Below are positions 59,947 to 64,000 of a stretch of 64,000 bases of DNA, one piece after another. The stretch comes from Alphaproteobacteria bacterium (GTDB taxonomy: Bacteria; Pseudomonadota; Alphaproteobacteria; UBA828), in NCBI GenBank assembly GCA_965221125.1, contig CBDCRW010000003.1, positions 256,001 to 320,000 of the forward strand. Direction: 5' to 3'. The position numbers were made by a program, and so were the translations under genes. Below the pieces are notes generated by a model. The model searched no databases, was not told the DNA's origin, and was given only the letters and a program-made list of their open reading frames with translations. The stretch's first letter is position 1; every line of letters starts with the position of its first letter.

Positions 59947-62265
59947 ATGCCGGCGCAGACGGACACGCAGCCCCCGCGCGGGATACTGACCAGAACGACG
60001 CTTGCGGACCGGGGCGCCGTCACGCTCCCCGCGCTCGCCCCGCACCTGCAGTTCCGCGATATCGGCGAGCGGCAGACGCTGCTGGTCTCGGAATCGTTCA
60101 ACACGCTGCTGCACGGCGCGCTCCACTGCGATCTGCTGCCCCTGCTCGATGGCCGGCGCCCGCAGGACGAGATCGTCGCGGCGCTGGAGGGCGCCCACGC
60201 CGCGGCGGACGTTCGTGCGGCCATCACCGCGCTCGCCGCCAAGGGCTATGTCGTCTCCGCCGATCACGGCATGGAGCGGTGCCGGGCGGCCTACTGGTCG
60301 TCGCTCGGCGCATCGCCGCGCTGGGTCGAGGAGCGGCTCGCGGAATCGCGCGTCACGGTGGAAGGCGACGACGGCCGCCTGGTCCGCCATCTGCGAGAGA
60401 GCGGCGCCAGCGTGGGGGCTGGCGACCCGACGCTCACCGTCGTCGTCTGCGACGACTATCTCGACGCCCGCCTCGCGGACGTGAACCGGCGGCAACTCGA
60501 GGCGCGAGCGCCGTGGACGCTGCTGCGGCCGCGCGGCATGGAAGCGTTGTTCGGCCCCGTCTTTCGTGCGGACGGACAAGGCCCCTGCTGGGATTGCCTG
60601 GCGAGCCGCCTGCGCGGCCACCAGGAAGTCCACAGCTTCTTGCGCACCATTGCCGGCGAAGATGCCGCCTTCAAGCCGTTCGCGGCTCAGCCCGCGGTGC
60701 TGGAGGCGCTCTGCGGTTTGATCGCGGCGGAGATCGTCAAGTGGCTGTTGCTGGACGACGCGGCCCCCCTCCACGAACACGCGATCACGATGAACGTCGG
60801 CACGTTCGCAAGCGCGCAGCATCCGGTGATGCGCCGGCCGCAGTGCCTCGCCTGCGGCGACGACGCGTTGCATCGCCCGGACCGCCCGCCGGCGCCGCTC
60901 GCTCTGAAGGCGAGCCCCAAGACCCATCGCAACAGCGGCGGCGCGCGCACCGTGGCGCCGGAGGTCACGCTCGCGAAATACCGCCACCTGGTGAGCCCGG
61001 TCAGCGGTGTCGTGACCTGGCTGTCGCGCACGACCGACGAGACCGATCCCTGGCTGCACGTCTACTGGGCCGGGAGCAATCTCGGCATGAGAAGCCGGAG
61101 CCTGAGTTCGCTCAGGCGGAGCCTCCGCAGCAAGAGCGCGGGCAAGGGCAGCACGCGGGAGCAGTCGAAGGTCAGCGCGCTGTGCGAGGCGGTCGAGCGC
61201 TACTCGGGCGCGCGTCATGGCGACGAGATCCGCGTCCGCAGGCGATTCACGGAGTTCGCCGGGAGCGACGAGACGATCCATCCGAACGACGTGCAGCTCT
61301 TCAGCGCCGCTCAGCTCGACAACGCGAAGGCCATCAACGCGAAGGGCCACCCGTACAACGTCGTGCCTGCGCGCTTCGACCCCGACGCCGAGCGCGACTG
61401 GACGCCGGTGTGGTCGCTCACCCGGCAGCGGCATCGCTACCTGCCGACCTCGATGCTCTACAGCATGCCGGCCGAGCAGCGCGGCCCGGCGGACCTGATC
61501 GCCGATTCCAACGGCTGCGCCGCGGGCAACACGCTGGAAGAGGCCATCCTCCAGGGCTTCTACGAGCTGGTCGAGCGCGATGCGTTCGCCATCTGGTGGT
61601 ACAACCGGCTGCGCGTGCCGGCGGTCGACCTCGCCGGCTTCGACGACGCGTACCTCGCGTCCGCCCCGCAACAATACGCCCGCTACGAGCGCGCGCTCTG
61701 GCTGCTCGACGTCACCTCGGACATCGGCATTCCCGCGTTCGTCGCGCTCTCGCGCCGCACGCACGCCCGGACCGAGGACATCATCTACGGCGCCGGCGCC
61801 CACGCCGACCCGCGGTTGGCCGCGCTCCGCGCGCTCTGCGAGCTGAACCAGTGCCTCACCTGGCTGCCGCGCCCCGGCAAGGGCGACGGCCGGCCCATGA
61901 TCGACGATCCGCTGGCGCTCCGGTGGTGGAAGACCGCGCGGCTCGCCGATTGCTCGTGGCTGGCGCCGGCGGAGGACGCGCCGCTCCGCACGGCGTCGCA
62001 CTATCCGGCGATCGAGACGACGGACACGCGCGACGACGTGGAGCTGTGCCGCGCGCTCGTCGAAGCCAGGGGCATGGAGTTCCTGGTGCTGGATCAGACC
62101 CGGCCCGACATCGGCATGCCCGTGGCGCGCGTCATCGTGCCGGGCATGCGCCACTTCTGGGCGCGGTTCGCGCCGGGGCGCCTCTACGACGTGCCCGTCG
62201 GCATGGGCAGGCGCGCCCGCCCTCTCGCCGAAGCCGAACTGAACCCCGCACCCGTGATCGCGTGA
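59947..62265 (+). CDS. srpC: Fused leader-binding/E1-like plus YcaO cyclodehydratase (azoline-forming)
   Basis: GPCWDCL and RPQCLACG; SAGKG, CEAVERYS, SNGCAAGNTLEEAILQGFYELVERDA; Pro-rich C-terminus NPAPVIA. The symbol is recalled from sponge srp clusters. Confidence 0.88.
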   Translation: MPAQTDTQPPRGILTRTTLADRGAVTLPALAPHLQFRDIGERQTLLVSESFNTLLHGALHCDLLPLLDGRRPQDEIVAALEGAHAAADVRAAITALAAKGYVVSADHGMERCRAAYWSSLGASPRWVEERLAESRVTVEGDDGRLVRHLRESGASVGAGDPTLTVVVCDDYLDARLADVNRRQLEARAPWTLLRPRGMEALFGPVFRADGQGPCWDCLASRLRGHQEVHSFLRTIAGEDAAFKPFAAQPAVLEALCGLIAAEIVKWLLLDDAAPLHEHAITMNVGTFASAQHPVMRRPQCLACGDDALHRPDRPPAPLALKASPKTHRNSGGARTVAPEVTLAKYRHLVSPVSGVVTWLSRTTDETDPWLHVYWAGSNLGMRSRSLSSLRRSLRSKSAGKGSTREQSKVSALCEAVERYSGARHGDEIRVRRRFTEFAGSDETIHPNDVQLFSAAQLDNAKAINAKGHPYNVVPARFDPDAERDWTPVWSLTRQRHRYLPTSMLYSMPAEQRGPADLIADSNGCAAGNTLEEAILQGFYELVERDAFAIWWYNRLRVPAVDLAGFDDAYLASAPQQYARYERALWLLDVTSDIGIPAFVALSRRTHARTEDIIYGAGAHADPRLAALRALCELNQCLTWLPRPGKGDGRPMIDDPLALRWWKTARLADCSWLAPAEDAPLRTASHYPAIETTDTRDDVELCRALVEARGMEFLVLDQTRPDIGMPVARVIVPGMRHFWARFAPGRLYDVPVGMGRRARPLAEAELNPAPVIA

Positions 62266-62273
62266 GGACACCT

Positions 62274-63392
62274 ATGGACATTGACGAGGCAGTCGCGCGC
62301 ACTCAGGACCGTCTCGCCGAGGAAGGCGGCACCATGGGCGATCTGCTCGGGCACTTCCGCAGCAGGGTTTCGACGGCGCTTGTGGGCGATGCGGAATGGC
62401 AGCGCGTACTCGACTGCGCCGGCACGCTTCCCATCACGATGGGGGCTCTTCCCTTCGGCTTCGAGCTGCCGCTGCACGAACGCGAGCCGCAGGCGGATTT
62501 CGGCGTCTCGCTCGCGAGCGGCACCCGGCCGGCTGCGCATTTCCTGGAGCGCGCCCTCGCCGACAAGACGGATGAGACCGCGCTGGCAATCGCCCGGCTG
62601 TTCGGCCGGATGGAAAGCGAAGACTCGCCGCTGCGCGACATCGTCGGCCGCAAGCTGATGCTGGAATACGACATCGGCTCGGCAGAGGGCGGCGAACGTT
62701 CGTTGCCGGGACTGTTTCTGCGGCCCGGCGAGCGCCCGATCATGGGCGGCTGCGCTCAGGCGGACGATGTCGCCACGGTGGTCGACGCGCTCGTATCCTG
62801 CCTGGGCTGGGAGACGAACGATGCGGCGCGGGAGAACGTCAGGCGCGTTTACCTGGCGCAGCCGGAGGACACGCGCATGGATTCGTTCGGCGTGTTTCCG
62901 TCCCGTTCACGGGCAATCCGGCTCGCGATCATGGGCTTCAAGTCGGGGCGGGAAACGTGTTCCTATCTCGAAGACACGGGCTGGCCGGGCGAGACCTCGG
63001 CCGTGGCCTCCGTGATCGCCCGCTTCAGGGAGCGCGCGAACATTGTCAGGGTCGGGGTGAATATCGACGTGCACGAAGAGGGCGTCGGCCCGACGCTCGG
63101 CCTCACGCTCATCGTCAAGCAGAGATACACGAAAGAGTCGCGCTACTGGCTGGACGGCCTGACCGATTGGGACCCGTTCCTCAAGGCGCTCAGCCACGAG
63201 GACCTCGTCGTTCCGGAGAAGCTCGAAGCGCTGGCCGACTGGGTTTCGAAACCGACGCCGTTGTTTGCGAAGTCCGGGCGCTACGTGCTGCTGCGCGGCA
63301 TTCACCACATGAAGCTGGTCGTAGCCGACAATCGGCTCCGAAAGGCGAAGGCCTACGTGTTCATGGTGCTTTCCGCAGCAGCTTCCGCCTAA
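62274..63392 (+). CDS. Uncharacterised 372-aa RiPP-associated protein, putative ABBA-fold prenyltransferase
   Basis: ATG 62274 with RBS GAGGA; FGFELPL..PQADF, LMLEYD, YLEDTGWPG, VGPTLGL, HHMKL...KAKAYV alternating strand pattern. Confidence 0.5.
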   Translation: MDIDEAVARTQDRLAEEGGTMGDLLGHFRSRVSTALVGDAEWQRVLDCAGTLPITMGALPFGFELPLHEREPQADFGVSLASGTRPAAHFLERALADKTDETALAIARLFGRMESEDSPLRDIVGRKLMLEYDIGSAEGGERSLPGLFLRPGERPIMGGCAQADDVATVVDALVSCLGWETNDAARENVRRVYLAQPEDTRMDSFGVFPSRSRAIRLAIMGFKSGRETCSYLEDTGWPGETSAVASVIARFRERANIVRVGVNIDVHEEGVGPTLGLTLIVKQRYTKESRYWLDGLTDWDPFLKALSHEDLVVPEKLEALADWVSKPTPLFAKSGRYVLLRGIHHMKLVVADNRLRKAKAYVFMVLSAAASA

Positions 63393-63412
63393 AATCGGCC
63401 TCGAAAGAACGA

Positions 63413-63439
63413 ACCCCCCTTCGGTCTGGGAAGGGGGGT
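63413..63439. terminator. Stem-loop between the convergent maturase operon and the precursor gene
   Basis: ACCCCCCTTC-GGTCTGG-GAAGGGGGGT 10-bp stem. Confidence 0.65.
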
Positions 63440-63511
63440 CAGTTCAGGTCGTCAAAGGTCGCGGACTCGGATTGGCCCGCTTCGTGACCGGCTGCGCGCC
63501 GGCCACCCGGC

Positions 63512-63763
63512 CTACCAGCAGCAGCAGAGACCGGCCGAGATGGCTTCGAGCTGCTCTTCGGTAATGTTCGGGTCCGGCGGCAACGCCAGATGCACCGTCT
63601 GCATGTCGCTCTCGTGGACCTTGATGGTCATCGATTCCGGAATCGTGATGCCCAATTCCTCGCTGATGGTGTTCTTCGGGTCCGCGAGAAGCTGTTGCCT
63701 GAAGTCCGAATCCAGAGAGGACTTCTCGACAATGTGTTGCAGCATTTCATCGCCACTTCTCAT
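63512..63763 (-). CDS. srpE: NHLP (proteusin) RiPP precursor with core LCCCW
   Basis: DFRQQLLADPK..I.EELG..IP....IKVHE....HLALPP..ITEEQLEAISAG followed by LCCCW*; RBS GGAGG. The core matches sponge SrpE as recalled. Confidence 0.9.
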   Translation of the reverse strand: MRSGDEMLQHIVEKSSLDSDFRQQLLADPKNTISEELGITIPESMTIKVHESDMQTVHLALPPDPNITEEQLEAISAGLCCCW

Positions 63764-63835
63764 GGCAATCCTCCATAGTTCCGGGCGGCGGGCGGCTCCC
63801 TTGGGCGGGCACCGATATCACTAGCATGTCACCAA

Positions 63836-63874
63836 ATCAAGCATTCAGGATATATCTCACAAGATCAAGCATTC
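63836..63874. promoter_or_regulatory. 11-bp direct repeat upstream of the precursor gene
   Basis: ATCAAGCATTC at 63836 and 63864 in an AT-rich intergenic region. Confidence 0.55.
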
Positions 63875-64000
63875 GGGTTAAACAAAATAATTATGGCGGC
63901 AGTAAGTAATTGTTATGGGTTCAGGGAATCCTGGTTTGGCGCGTCGACTCCTTGCTCGCGTTCGAGGGTCGGCTTCGAAGATTTCCGGTCGAGCGCAGTC

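Noticed and set aside
59868-63392. 1174-aa ORF from the track
   Set aside because: The first ~800 codons are an off-frame shadow of YcaO; the real gene starts at ATG 62274 with an RBS.

Overview
High-GC bacterial window, probably from an alphaproteobacterial marine-sponge symbiont. This is inferred from a SupA-type PKS, an srp-type LCCCW proteusin precursor and hopanoid genes. Contents from left to right: a trehalose cluster (GH15, otsA, otsB); a 3461-aa sup-type PKS (KS-AT-DH-cMT-ER-KR-ACP-KS-AT0) with a convergent ACP and alpha/beta-hydrolase; a HEAT-repeat gene; an iodate-reductase-type cluster (two di-haem CcP genes, Rieske idrB, idrA) behind an FNR-like box; two type II TA pairs; MFS, STAS and GPP34 genes; a CUT1 ABC transporter with a duplicated permease; pyridoxamine-pyruvate aminotransferase; dxs-shc-hpnG/hpnH-ispH; cutA; pxpBC-like genes; and a proteusin RiPP cluster. 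The RiPP cluster comprises an NHLP-leader/terpene-cyclase-fold fusion, an AlkB/GlnE-like fusion, a YcaO, a putative ABBA prenyltransferase and a precursor with core LCCCW. Two apparently identical copies of a 4621-bp TGT...ACA transposon (19619-24239 and 54470-59090) each interrupt a gene (idrA and the AlkB/GlnE fusion), and each has its own target-site duplication. Besides a DDE transposase and an ExeA-type ATPase, the element carries a RepA/AAA_25-type helicase with a C-terminal wHTH, an origin-like inverted-repeat array, clustered GNA mini-hairpins and a 134-nt rod hairpin with DnaA-box-like 9-mers. It is the best candidate here for an undescribed, possibly self-replicating, transposon system. 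All family calls come from motif recognition by eye; no searches were run.
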